A DNA stretch of 63,529 nucleotides, counting the filler, from Neolecta irregularis DAH-3 (Eukaryota), in the NCBI GenBank assembly GCA_001929475.1. It is 7 parts of 7 records of this genome, joined end to end, with 100 filler letters (N's around TTAATTAATTAA, not from the genome) between each part and the next. Parts side by side here need not be neighbours in the genome. Positions count along the whole stretch, not along the records: positions 34,717 to 39,880 come from LXFE01000752.1; positions 39,981 to 50,119 come from LXFE01000753.1; 5 more parts are not named here. One strand, given 5' to 3'. The notes beneath the pieces are model-generated. The model was not told the origin of the DNA. It did not search any database and was given only the letters and a program-made list of their open reading frames with translations. This document shows positions 35,109 to 46,018 of this stretch, in pieces. Numbering within the stretch: the stretch's first letter is position 1; each line of letters begins with the position of its first letter. A program made the translations under genes and the position numbers.

Positions 35109-37101
35109 TCAAGGTCCTGTGTTGCTCTGAACGTTTCCAACACTTGAATTCCACCTTTTTCGGACCCCACTCAGAAGACCTTCGGTTTCATCGGGTTCGT
35201 CGTCTTCCTCATCGTTGAGTTGAGGTGTTCGAACCACAGCAGTAATTAGCATTATAAGAAAGATTGCACAGAATGCAAATTGCCCGAAGAACGCTATCCA
35301 TCCAAAGAAAGGGAAGCTAAATATAATACGATCTAAAAACTGTGAGACCATGGATGGCGTACAGATATCTTGAGGGGCATCTTTCGAACATCGAATAATG
35401 CGGTCTAGATGTTTGGAGCAATCTCTGATTTCTCCATATTCTCCTTTCTAGAATATTACATCTGTAGGTAGAATTGGCTGTTTACTGTATAATTGCAATA
35501 CCTCTGATTGCCATAAACAGAATATTGAGGCAACGCGATGGTGACCAAAGTATAATTGATAGCAATGGTATTAAGCATCAAGAACACTGCGCAAACCTGG
35601 TTGTTTAATTTTGAATCGTCCACATAACATACTAGGAGGCCTTGAGGCAAGGTCCCAGATCTTCGAACTTGATACAAATGAACCCTAAGATATCAGAGAT
35701 TGTTTACCGGCAGCGGGTATACCACAAGAATCGGATGCCAACGAAAATAATACCAATGACGGAAGCGAGAAACATGTACAGAACGAGGAGCGTCATCAAA
35801 ACGTAATCGAAGGGAAAGAGCTAAGATAAATACATACCAATTGATAGTACAATACCTTCGAAGACTGGATAAAGATCCAGTTGACGGGATTGAAGACTTG
35901 TATTTCAGCAAGTATAAATCCACAGTCCTTCCCACAAAAGGAATTAACTGCTTTGTCAACCCTAAACAATTAATTCTGAAGCAAGGGATACAGGATACGA
36001 AGTGATTGCCATGGAAACAAACAATATCAAGCTCAACATCAACAGAAAAAATCCATAAAACAGTTTGAAAGGCCACAGAGCAGCACTGAATTTAGAAAGC
36101 AATCCAGACTCACCCCCATCAGCTAGCCTGGCCCTTCTTATAAGTGTTCTTTCTTCGCGTTGAAGTTGCTCCAATTCTCTTCGATCTTTGCTACTAAGAC
36201 TATCATCGGAGCTTTCGTAGCGAACTTCAATCATATGTTGTCTTTCTCGATTATGATGAAGTGCTTGGCGAATTTCATTAGCTGATGTGCTTGTGATCGT
36301 GGGCAATGACTTTATGACCGAAATTGGGAGGAGTGCAAGACCAGTCGAGGTATAGAGAACATAAAGAAACATTCCCAATGTGAGAAGAACGCCAACAGAA
36401 AACGAAAGTGCTTTTTCTCCAACATTCTCAGAAAGCAGTCTTTTGATATACTCTAGGTCCAGGTTTTTGCTGATGCTAGTTTTCGAAAGCGGAATGAAAA
36501 TTCCCACGAGTAGAATTAGCGCATCAACGAGGAGAAACATGATCGTATATTTTAGGGCGCTGTTGAATCGATTTCTTAGAGTTCCCCCACTTTCGTCTAT
36601 TTCTTCTTCGTAAAAGAAGTAAGTGAAGGGGATAACCACGAAACATAACGCCAAATCGAGACTATAGAGCGCTGGAATAAATTAGCCCTGAACAGTTCAG
36701 GAGGCTCGAACAGTAATATCCCACTTTCAATTCATATAATATACTGCTGACGCATTGCTCTGTAGCCCAATCTTTCTTCAATCCAGTGCGACTGTCGGTC
36801 GTTGAAGAAACCGTGTTTAGATCAGCAACTCCATCTTTCGAATATGGGGAAATTTTACTAGGAAAACATCTACTGGGACTAACAGCACAGTGAAAAGTAT
36901 CAAACTTAATGAAATAATGGTGACCGTAGTAGACAATGCATCCTTTGTTTTGTGAGAATGTAGAATCAGATGGTTTTGTAGTCCTACCTTTTCGTTGCGA
37001 TGTTGGAATACTTTTGTAAATGTAATACTAAACAGCACGACAAGAGCAAAAACAACCGCCAGAGCGATGAGAGCCCAGAGCTCTGTATTGTAGTATCTCA
37101 T
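35109..37101 (-). CDS. LMBR1-family membrane protein (LMBD1-like probable lysosomal cobalamin transporter)
   Basis: LLVPVDVFLV, CFVVIPFTYFFYEE, YTSTGLALLP and PQYSVYGNQRYC across exons. Confidence 0.85.
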
Positions 37102-37278
37102 ATTTGAAAGTCGAAATCAAACGTAGGTCGCTGAACTCGTGAGGCTAATCGGTAGTTGATCTGGTGACTAGTTGATGACGTCGCATTATTTCATGATCTA
37201 AGGCCGGTCGGCCACATGCAACAAATCATGTTTCCTCGGGGAATTTCGAAAAAAGAAGTGGAAGATTCAATGTCTATG

Positions 37279-39869
37279 TTATGACTCTAAACCAAACGCT
37301 CGAACAGTATAATCCACTATGTAACTTTCCTCGACGAGCTCTTCTGTCCGCTTAAAATGTCGCTCTGAATATGGAAGCATAGCATCAATAGTATTTTTGA
37401 TATCCTCAATTTCTAAAAAAGTATCCGGTGAATAAAACCGCAAAAGAACGTGAAGAACCCTTTGGGCCACTCCAGCAGTCCGTGCATTAGTGTTCCAGTC
37501 TCGAAGTCGAAGTAAAAGTGTTTTTAATTGATCTTTTGATAAAGAGGCTAGGATCTCATCAATGACACCTAAGCCTGTGATGCTTTTGTCGCCTATCACT
37601 CGATCATTTGAGACTTGTGTAAACAAACGGAGTAATTGGTATGGTTGGTCAAGGGACATGGCAAGGATAATTGCGTTACGCCAATCCCGATGCAGTAGGT
37701 AGTTGGACAATTCTTGTTCTCTGAATTGTGAGGAGGATTTACGTGATAGGGGCTATACTTCTCAACTTGTTCTTGTGTAGCCTTGGCTTCTGATTCGCGT
37801 TCAATCTCACTGACATCTTGCCAAAAGTTGATGACTGAATCACCACCTCCGGAGACCAGGTACTCCTCATCGTTTCGTACAGCCAGAGACCATACCTAAA
37901 GTCAACCCTGACCAAGCTTATGAGTACCCTCTCTGTATGATTATCCAACGTAGAATTACATTCTCCAGACTTGACGCTCCATACTTTGATCAGTCCATCT
38001 GCCGCTGCACTTGCAACTTGTAGTCCATTTCCAAGCCAAAGAACTTTCAAGACCGAGTTGGTATGACCCTCAAAAGTCTTTAAGCAAGAATAATCACTAG
38101 TATTCCATAATTTAATCGTCTTGTCACCACTACCCGTCACGATCAACTTGGCTGCCTTGGCAAATCGAGCACTCCAGACTCCTCTCTTGTGTCCCTTTAA
38201 TGTCCCTTTAAGTTCTCCATCGATGGCTGCCCAAATCTTCACAGTACGATCTTGGGAGGCAGATGCAAATACAGTATCATCCGAAGCAACATCAATAGCG
38301 TTGATGTCCTTTTCATGAGCCTTTTGCGTATATAAAGCTCGATTGGTGTTCTTGATGTCTGAAATATCCCATCTTTTGATTGTGCGATCTTGTGATCCAG
38401 TGAGAACAAATTTAGGCTTTTGTGTTGTTTTCGAAAGGCCAATTGCACCGATTGATTCGGCGTGACCAGTAAAAGTAGAGACACAGGTCGCTTCAACTGT
38501 CTTGCCGAATTCCAACTTCCACAATTTTGCGGAATTATCCTTGCTGCCTGTCGCAAGCCAGTTTCCATCAAGACTTCGATCGAGACAAATCACAATATCG
38601 CTATGACCTTCCACAAAAGTACAATCGAAACCATCAACATCGAGGATACCAATTTCATTGCTGTTAGTTGCAATGGCAATATATTTCTGATCTTCGCTAA
38701 CGTAGGTACAATCGATAATCTCATCATGCTGTCCAGCTATGCGACGAATTATCTGCAGATTAGATGTCGAAGGAGCATGTTGGATGATCTTTTGATCTGA
38801 AAGAATTGAAAGAAAGGTTGTAGACTCTGGACGATAATGAATGTCTGAAATGCCAACATTGGAGATCGTACACTCGCATGATGAGATTTCTTGACCCGAG
38901 GTCAAATCCCATACTCGAACGACGCCTTTATCTCCCCCAGTATAAATCAATTGTGCAGAGGTTGAGTCATTGGAAGGCTGAGCGAAAAACCCCGCGGCTT
39001 CGATGGTCTTTTGTTGTTAGTCAAGCTTAAACCAATTTGTACCTCAAATATAGGTATTGTCTGTTTCAGTTTGTAGGACTTAAGGTCCCAGAGACTTATA
39101 ACCTTATCTCGACCTGCACTTAATAATGTCCAGCCATCCGATGAAAAATCCAAGCTCGTAATAACACTTACATGGCTGTCCAAAATAGCAAGACAACTAG
39201 GAATTAGCGCAATCGAAGAAATGAAACCCCAACGTTCTCTTAACCAGGTCCCATACCCGAATTTTACAATCGTCTGAGCCAGAAGCCAGTGTCCACCTCG
39301 AACCGTTCGTCTTTCCACAGAATTTTACTACACTAACAATTCCACCGTGACCTTTGAAATTATGGGTCATATATCCACCTTCGATATCCCAAACCTTTAC
39401 AGTTCCTTCAGCTCCGCCAGTTGCAACCAACGTAGAGGTAGAATCTGCGTCCATAGCAATAACGGGCGCATCGTGCGCTTTAAGTGACCGGATTAATTTC
39501 CCACTTGGTAGTGAATATATTCTCATTTGGAGTGACCGGGAACACACAACGAGATGAGATCCGCTGGGAAGGAGAGTTAATGTCGTTACAACTTCCGAAT
39601 CCTTTAGAATTAGCAGGATTTTCGCTGCAAAAGGAATGTACCCCTGGTATTCGACATATCCGCGAGCCATTCAATATGTCTGTTACTTCAACATCTTCGC
39701 CCAGTGTACCAGCGAATGTCTTTCCATCTGCTGCAATACAAGTCTTTCCACCAGAGTAAATGGGCTCAAGGACCTTTGAAGCGCAGAAACTACTTCGATG
39801 AGTAGTCTATTTCACTAATATGAAGGCTGACTTTGTCTTTAATTTCAAGCTTCGTATTGAAGGGACCAT
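37279..39869 (-). CDS. UTP13: U3 snoRNP WD40 protein Utp13
   Basis: Multiple WD40 repeats (AHEKDINAIDV, GHKRGVWS) and the C-terminal LRDWNTNART...PYSERHFKR domain. Confidence 0.95.
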
Positions 39870-39980
39870 GTTGATGTTTANNNNNNNNNNNNNNNNNNNN
39901 NNNNNNNNNNNNNNNNNNNNNNNNTTAATTAATTAANNNNNNNNNNNNNNNNNNNNNNNNNNNNNNNNNNNNNNNNNNNN

Positions 39981-40578
39981 ATCCAAGCAAATCCAAACCA
40001 AATGAATCAGAGAGAAAAATAACTTGATTCTACCATCTATATCTTGGTGATGATGTATATACTTTATATGCCATTTTTGACCACATCTAGCTTGACTACG
40101 AGAGAAAGTCCCAACATAATGTCTTCTATTACAACATAACCAGATGTTATCCAATGAATTCACTTCAGAATCTCTTGCTTGGATTCAAAAAGTGGTAATC
40201 CTGGGGCCATGCCGGGATTGCGGATGGGCCGCGCCACTGGCTTGGGCTTAGCGCCCATAGGCTTAAACAGGCAGTGTGTTCAGGGCAGTTCCTTAACCTG
40301 CCTGCCTGCCTGCCAATTCAGGCCCATGTGTGCTGAGCCAAAGCCAGTGGCACGGCCTACCCGCAGTGGTGGGTACGCAGAGCAATCTTTGCTCATTTGT
40401 AATAGCAGAGGGGCATTTCATGTATTCTTTTTATAACGAATTTTTCATTAATCTCACGAACTTGGTAGTATAGTTTAAATTCGTTAAACCCCATACAAAT
40501 CAATGTTGGCAGAGAGATGGATTCGTTATAACGGGTAATTCGTTATACGGTGGTTCCCTATAGCCAGATTTGACTGTA
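39981..40578. mobile_element. pogo/Tigger-like non-autonomous element, truncated by the spacer
   Basis: Ends ...CCCTATAGCCAGATTTGACTG|TA (TIR followed by TA). The interior is shared with 13612-13828. Confidence 0.7.
40219..40365. repeat. Imperfect inverted repeat of about 55 bp (foldback/MITE-like insert)
   Basis: 40219-40274 pairs with the reverse complement of 40310-40365. Confidence 0.7.
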
Positions 40579-40666
40579 TACCGAACGTAAAATTTGGTGC
40601 CTCCCAAACGTGGCCCTAGTTTTTCAACGGCTTCTGCTTCCACTGCCACCATTATTTTCTACCACC

Positions 40667-42601
40667 ATGATTAGTAGAGTCCAAAAAATAAATACGAGCT
40701 CAGAGTCCAAGGATCTTGATTGTTCCTCTGCTATGGCAGTTCTCGAAAGCGAGTATCAAAGTCCCGATGGACTTTCCGTGAACGAACTTATGGACTCTAA
40801 AGTTCAAGGTGGTCTGACTTACAATGACTTTCTTGTGTTGCCTGGTTACATCGACTTTCTAGTGAGCGAAGTTACCTTGGAAAGCAAGATTACCAAGAAA
40901 GTCACCTTGAAAACACCCTTCATGAGGTACATCGAGGCATTACCGCATACTTAATGTCTAGTTCCCCTATGGGTACCGATATCGCTGAATATGGTCTCAT
41001 CTGATTCTTTCAGATACTGTTACAGAAGTGGAGATGGCTATCAATATGGCTGTATCTATCTATAATTGAAGATTACTAACTTTGTAGCTCCAAGGTGGTA
41101 TAGGCGTAATCCATCACAACTGTACCGCAGAAGAACAAGCCGAAATGGTTCGAAAGGTCAAAAAATTCGAAAATGGGTTCATTACCGATCCTGTTGTTTT
41201 TTCACCTACTCAAAAAGTCGGCGACGTCTTGGCTCATAAAAGTCAATTCGGATTCTGTGGAATTCCCATTACAGGTATTTCTCTATTTTGTTTATATTTT
41301 CTCTATTTGAATGATGAATTCTTTTAAATAACTTTCGTTCTACCGCATTCGATCACTCGATCGTTGTTGATAAAATTTTCTGACAAAATTGAAATGTTTT
41401 CTATGTTATTCTTTTTAACCGGTTGCTTACGGAAAAGATACTGGAAAGCTTTTCGGAAAATTACTGGGGATAGTTACATCCAGAGATGTCCAGTTCCACA
41501 AAGACAAGACAACGCCGCTATCTGATATTATGACCACTGATCTGGTTACTGCTCCCCAAGGTATAACTCTTGAAGAGGCGAACGAAATTCTTCGAAGTTC
41601 AAAGAAGGGTAAGTTGCCTATTATCAACGCTGCTGGAAACCTTGTCTCGCTTCTATCTCGTTCTGATTTGATGAAAAATCTTCATTTTCCTTTTGCTTCA
41701 AAGACTCCCAAGTCCAAGCAACTGATTTGTGCTGCTGCTGTGGGTACTCGACCTGACGATCGGATGCGATTGGAAAAGCTCGTAGAAGCTGGACTCGATA
41801 TTGTTGTTCTGGACTCGAGTCAGGGAAACTCGGTCTTTCAAGTCGATATGATTAAATGGATCAAAAAGACATTCGGGAACGGGTTGGAAGTCATTGCGGG
41901 AAATGTTGTTACTCGCGAACAAGCGGCAAATCTTATTGTTGCTGGTGCTGATGCTCTTCGAGTCGGCATGGGTTCAGGATCTGCTTGTATTACTCAGGAT
42001 GTTATGGCCTGTGGCAGACCTCAGGCTACTGCTGTATACTCTGTTGCTCACTTCGCTTCTCGGTTTGGAGTTCCGTGTATTGCTGATGGAGGTTTATCAT
42101 CCAGCGGCCAGATTATCAAAGCTCTAGCTATGGGCGCTTCGGCGGTGATGATGGGAGGAGCACTTGCTGCTTGTAGCGAATCTCCAGGTAAAATATATGT
42201 AAGAGACGGGCAAAGATTCAAAGCTTATCGTGGCATGGGATCGATTGACGCCATGCAAAAAGCTGGAACAAGTTCCGAGTCGGCCGATAACGCTGCTACT
42301 GGACGATATTTCTCGGAATCAGACAAGGTCAAGGTAGCTCAGGGTGTTAGTGGGTTTGTTACCGAGAAAGGATCTCTTCGAGAGTATATTCCGTATCTTA
42401 CAACTGCCTTGCAGCACTCCTTGCAGGTATGATCTCATATATCGTTGTACTTATTGACTCTAGGATATGGGCGTGCAAAGTCTGGATTCCCTGCGAGCAG
42501 GTGTGAATTCGGGCAAAGTAAGGTTTGAACTCCGATCCAGCGGTGCTATACGAGAAGGCGATGTTCACGGCTTCACCTCGTATGAAAAGCGGTTGTATTA
42601 G
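40667..42601 (+). CDS. IMD: Inosine-5'-monophosphate dehydrogenase
   Basis: [18 protein letters not shown] (via a micro-exon), CBS pair, catalytic [11 protein letters not shown] and KAYRGMGS. Confidence 0.97.
41306..41388 (+). ncRNA. snR54: Intronic box C/D snoRNA, snR54/U59 type
   Basis: Box C ATGATGA (41311-41317), guide TAACTTTCGTTCT complementary to conserved 18S AGAACGAAAGTTA, box D CTGA (41380-41383) and a TTTG/CAAA terminal stem, inside the one long IMPDH intron. Confidence 0.88.
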
Positions 42602-42698
42602 TATTCTGCTTCGTGTTGCATTTGTTTGGGTTGTGTTTTGAGGAAAATGTATTGTACTTGAACGTGAGATTATCGCACGTCTTTTTGCCGCCCCGTGA

Positions 42699-43984
42699 AT
42701 GAAATTGATCTCGCAAACCATCGAACGCGATTCTTCAGGCGCTGTTACGCTACAGGCCCATGAGCCTGATGATATGTGGACTGTCTATAATATTATCCGC
42801 CGTGGTGACCGCCTGAGATGTTCTACTGCGAGGTGGGATCATAAGTCATTTGTGTTTTTCTTGATCGCTTTGCAGAAAAATCACCACCGAGTCTGCCACT
42901 GGGTCATCTACATCTCATCGCGTGCGCTTAACGCTCACTATTGCCGTTGAGTCTATTGATTTCGATGCACAGGCGGGCGAACTTCATCTTGGAGGCACCG
43001 TGGTCACCGAAAACAAACATGTCAAACTGGGCGCGTATCACACTCTTGATCTCGAAAAAGACAAGAGTTTTACAATGTTTAAACAAGAGTGGGATTCTGT
43101 TGCGCTGGACAGAATCAAAGAGGCGTGTGATCCATCTGCAAACGCCGAAGTTGGTGCTGTAGTAATGCAAGAAGGTATTCCATCTGTTGTCATCTGTCTC
43201 ATTCGAGGTCTGGCCAACATTTGTCTGATTACAGAACATATGACTATCTTGCGTCAAAAAATAGAAATATCAATCCCTAAGAAACGCAGGGGAACAGCTA
43301 CAGATCATCAGAAAGCACGCAGTTGAATGTTTATTCAGCTAACAAAACAGGGGCTGGAACGCTTTTACGCAACAGTTCATCAAACAATGCTACGTCATTT
43401 CAACTTGGAAGAACTCAAAGTAGTGTTGATCGCATCTCCGGGATTTGTCGGAGAAGGATTCATAAATCATGTAATGTACCAGGCGGCTCGATTGGATGAC
43501 AAAGTCGTAATGCGGTCCAAATCTAAGCTTGTCCTCGTGCATTGTTCAAGCGGACATGTACATTCGCTCAATGAAGTTTTGAAAAGTCCCCAAGTGATAT
43601 CTCAATTGTCCAATACCAAATTTGCGCGAGAATCGCTTGCAATGGACAAATTCTACCGTATGTTGAATGACAATGAAGCACAAGCATGGTATGGCCCGAA
43701 ACATGTTGCTGCTGCAGTTGAAAAGGGCGCTGTTGGAACTCTGCTGATATCAGATTCGTTGTTTAGGTATTTTGCTCTGGGAACAGACTAATTTTTGCAG
43801 AAGTAATAATGTTGGAGAGAGGAAAAAATACGTCAAAATGGTGGAGAATGTACGATCTGGCGGTGGAGAAGCGTTGATTTTTTCGAGTATGCACGAATCT
43901 GGGACACAGCTAGATCAATTGACTGGAATTGCGGCCATTTTAACATTTCCTCTGCCTGACCTTGAATCAGATGATGAAAAATAA
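42699..43984 (+). CDS. DOM34: Pelota/Dom34 ribosome rescue factor
   Basis: [37 protein letters not shown] and [17 protein letters not shown]. Confidence 0.96.
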
Positions 43985-43996
43985 ATAATAAAAATG

Positions 43997-44615
43997 TCAT
44001 TCGAACAAGGATCTTTTCCATCTGCATAATGCATCATAATACCAGAGATCTTTACCATCGCAATATACATAAACATCATGGACCAGACCAGCTGCAAGCC
44101 CAAGCCCTGTTCCAACTTTTACCGCCCGCAGAGTCAACTGCCGTGACATTCGATCTATTCTTAGTCGCTGTTTGGCCAGCCAGAGTACTAGCAAGAGAAA
44201 AAGCCAGGGCTGTAGAAAGACCAGCCAACATTGTTGTAAACGCATCCACGGTGCCACGAGTTTTGTCAATCACTACTTCAGTCGCACCAAAGCATCCCGT
44301 GATAAATCCAATCTTGCCAGCATACCGAGCGCCAGACTTTATTGCACCGAGCATGACCCTATAATTCTTTGTTTTGTGGTAAAAATACCATTCTTGGTTA
44401 GTTCTAGGCATGCGATGTGCATTTTCTGCGCGATATTGAAGAGCTGATTTCCCGGCTCCTGAAATTCCACCGAGGGCAAATCCCCATGATGCTCCAGCGG
44501 TGCTAAGAAGCAAGATATATATCGAAGAAGGAAGACCGAAACGAAGGGTAGTGTACTCTGGTTCTGATAAACGGTGGATTTTAGAATTCTTGTTATGAAG
44601 CGGTGAGTTCATCAT
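43997..44615 (-). CDS. Tim17/Tim22/Tim23-like mitochondrial membrane protein
   Basis: Gly-rich TM helices and YRAENAHRMP...WYFYHKTKNY. One intron switches to the 43997-44269 frame. Confidence 0.7.
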
Positions 44616-44660
44616 TTGAGTTCAAGTGAACTACGCACTCTACCAGAATTTGATATTGTG

Positions 44661-45051
44661 ATGGTATATTGTTTTAAATGGCGCAGAATGACTTTACTAG
44701 CCTCCGGAAAAACAAGCTATAAATCCCGAAATTCTAATAAAAGCCAAACAAGGAAAGACAATTGTATTCCTCAAAGGCACAGAAAACAGCGCCGTTGCCG
44801 ATCTCAAGACACAACTGGCGCTTGCATTAAGCGAAACCGGTATGAACAAAGCAATTACGCCAGACAAGATACGTTTAGCTGTACTTTTGGATACTCCAGA
44901 CCGAGGTCGAGTTTGGGAACAATTATCAGAGCAAGCAACGCTTCTGGAAGGTGGAATAACTGATGGACGTGAACTTTCTTTTTCATTACAGCTGGAAGAT
45001 GGAGAATGGGAGGATTTTGGTTTTGAAGTCCCGCAGGACGAGGAGGAGTAA
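44661..45051 (+). CDS. Small ubiquitin-like protein, Elongin-B-like
   Basis: ATG-only coding exon 1, intron 44664-44700, then an open frame ...ILIKAKQGKTIVFLKGTENSAVADLKTQL...IRL...TLLEGGITDG...EWEDFGFE. Confidence 0.55.
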
Positions 45052-45242
45052 TCATAATCAGATTTGCTTTTTGTATTTTTTCGTTATAAAACATGAAAGA
45101 TCATGCCTGATTTCTGAGGTAAATTTTGTAATCCGCCGCTAAATTCGAGAATAGCCGCTAATTATTGTGGAAATTACTACGGGACTGTCCCTTGAGGCAC
45201 CACCACACATCTGCTCGTCTTTGATCTACGAAATCTAATACT

Positions 45243-45772
45243 ATGGGCGGAGTTTCGGTACGCGATGTCGAAGCAGACGTCTTTATAAAAAGCTATGCCG
45301 CCTATCTGAAACGGTCCGGTATGCGCAACTGTCTGGATTTTGCTTTGAGTTAATCATTTTGCAGGAAAGATGGACATGCCTCAGTGGGTCGATATCGTCA
45401 AGACGGGAACATTCAAGGAACTGGCACCCTACAACCCAGACTGGTACTATATCCGCGCTGCCGCAATCGCCAGACATATCTATCTCAGAAAATATGTTGG
45501 TGTTGGCCAGCTCAAAAAGCGTTTCGGAGGAAGCAAGAATAGAGGAAATCGGCCTTCTCACCACGCCGACTGCAGCGGAAGCGTCCAGCGCAAAGTCCTC
45601 CAAAGCCTCGAAAAGCTTGGAGTGTTAGAGAAGGACGAACGAGGGTATTTTATCATCTAGATTATTCCCATGTTGATATATTTCTAGTGGACGCAAAATC
45701 ACCCAAGCCGGACAGCGGGATCTGGATCGCATTGCCACTTCGATAGTGAACGGAGATGGAGATGAAGAATAA
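45243..45772 (+). CDS. RPS19: 40S ribosomal protein eS19
   Basis: MGGVSVRDV, PQWVDIVKTG, ELAPYNPDWYYIRAAAIARHIYLR and GQRDLDRIA; 3 exons. Confidence 0.97.
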
Positions 45773-46018
45773 AAAATATCAAAATACCACTTGTTCATTT
45801 GGCATATTAGTCTTGGATGTGACTTTTTTTGGTTGGCGTTTAGACATTTCTCACAGTATCCAACTTCAACCGCCCGATTAATCTTCTACTTGCCATTCTT
45901 CCTCTCCTAATGTTTCTCCAATTATATTCGCTTTCAATGGCACTCAGCTCGTAAGAGCACTTCAAAAAGCCCATTCAACCCTTTTTCGAATTATCAGGAA
46001 ACCTAGTCATAATTCACA

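Noticed and set aside
35109..37101. Cobalamin transporter as evidence of B12 metabolism
   Set aside because: LMBD1-like genes are widely annotated in ascomycetes, and nothing else here supports B12 use.
40667..42601. IMPDH as a mycophenolate self-resistance gene in a biosynthetic cluster
   Set aside because: Its neighbours are housekeeping genes, there is no PKS, and it hosts the conserved snoRNA.
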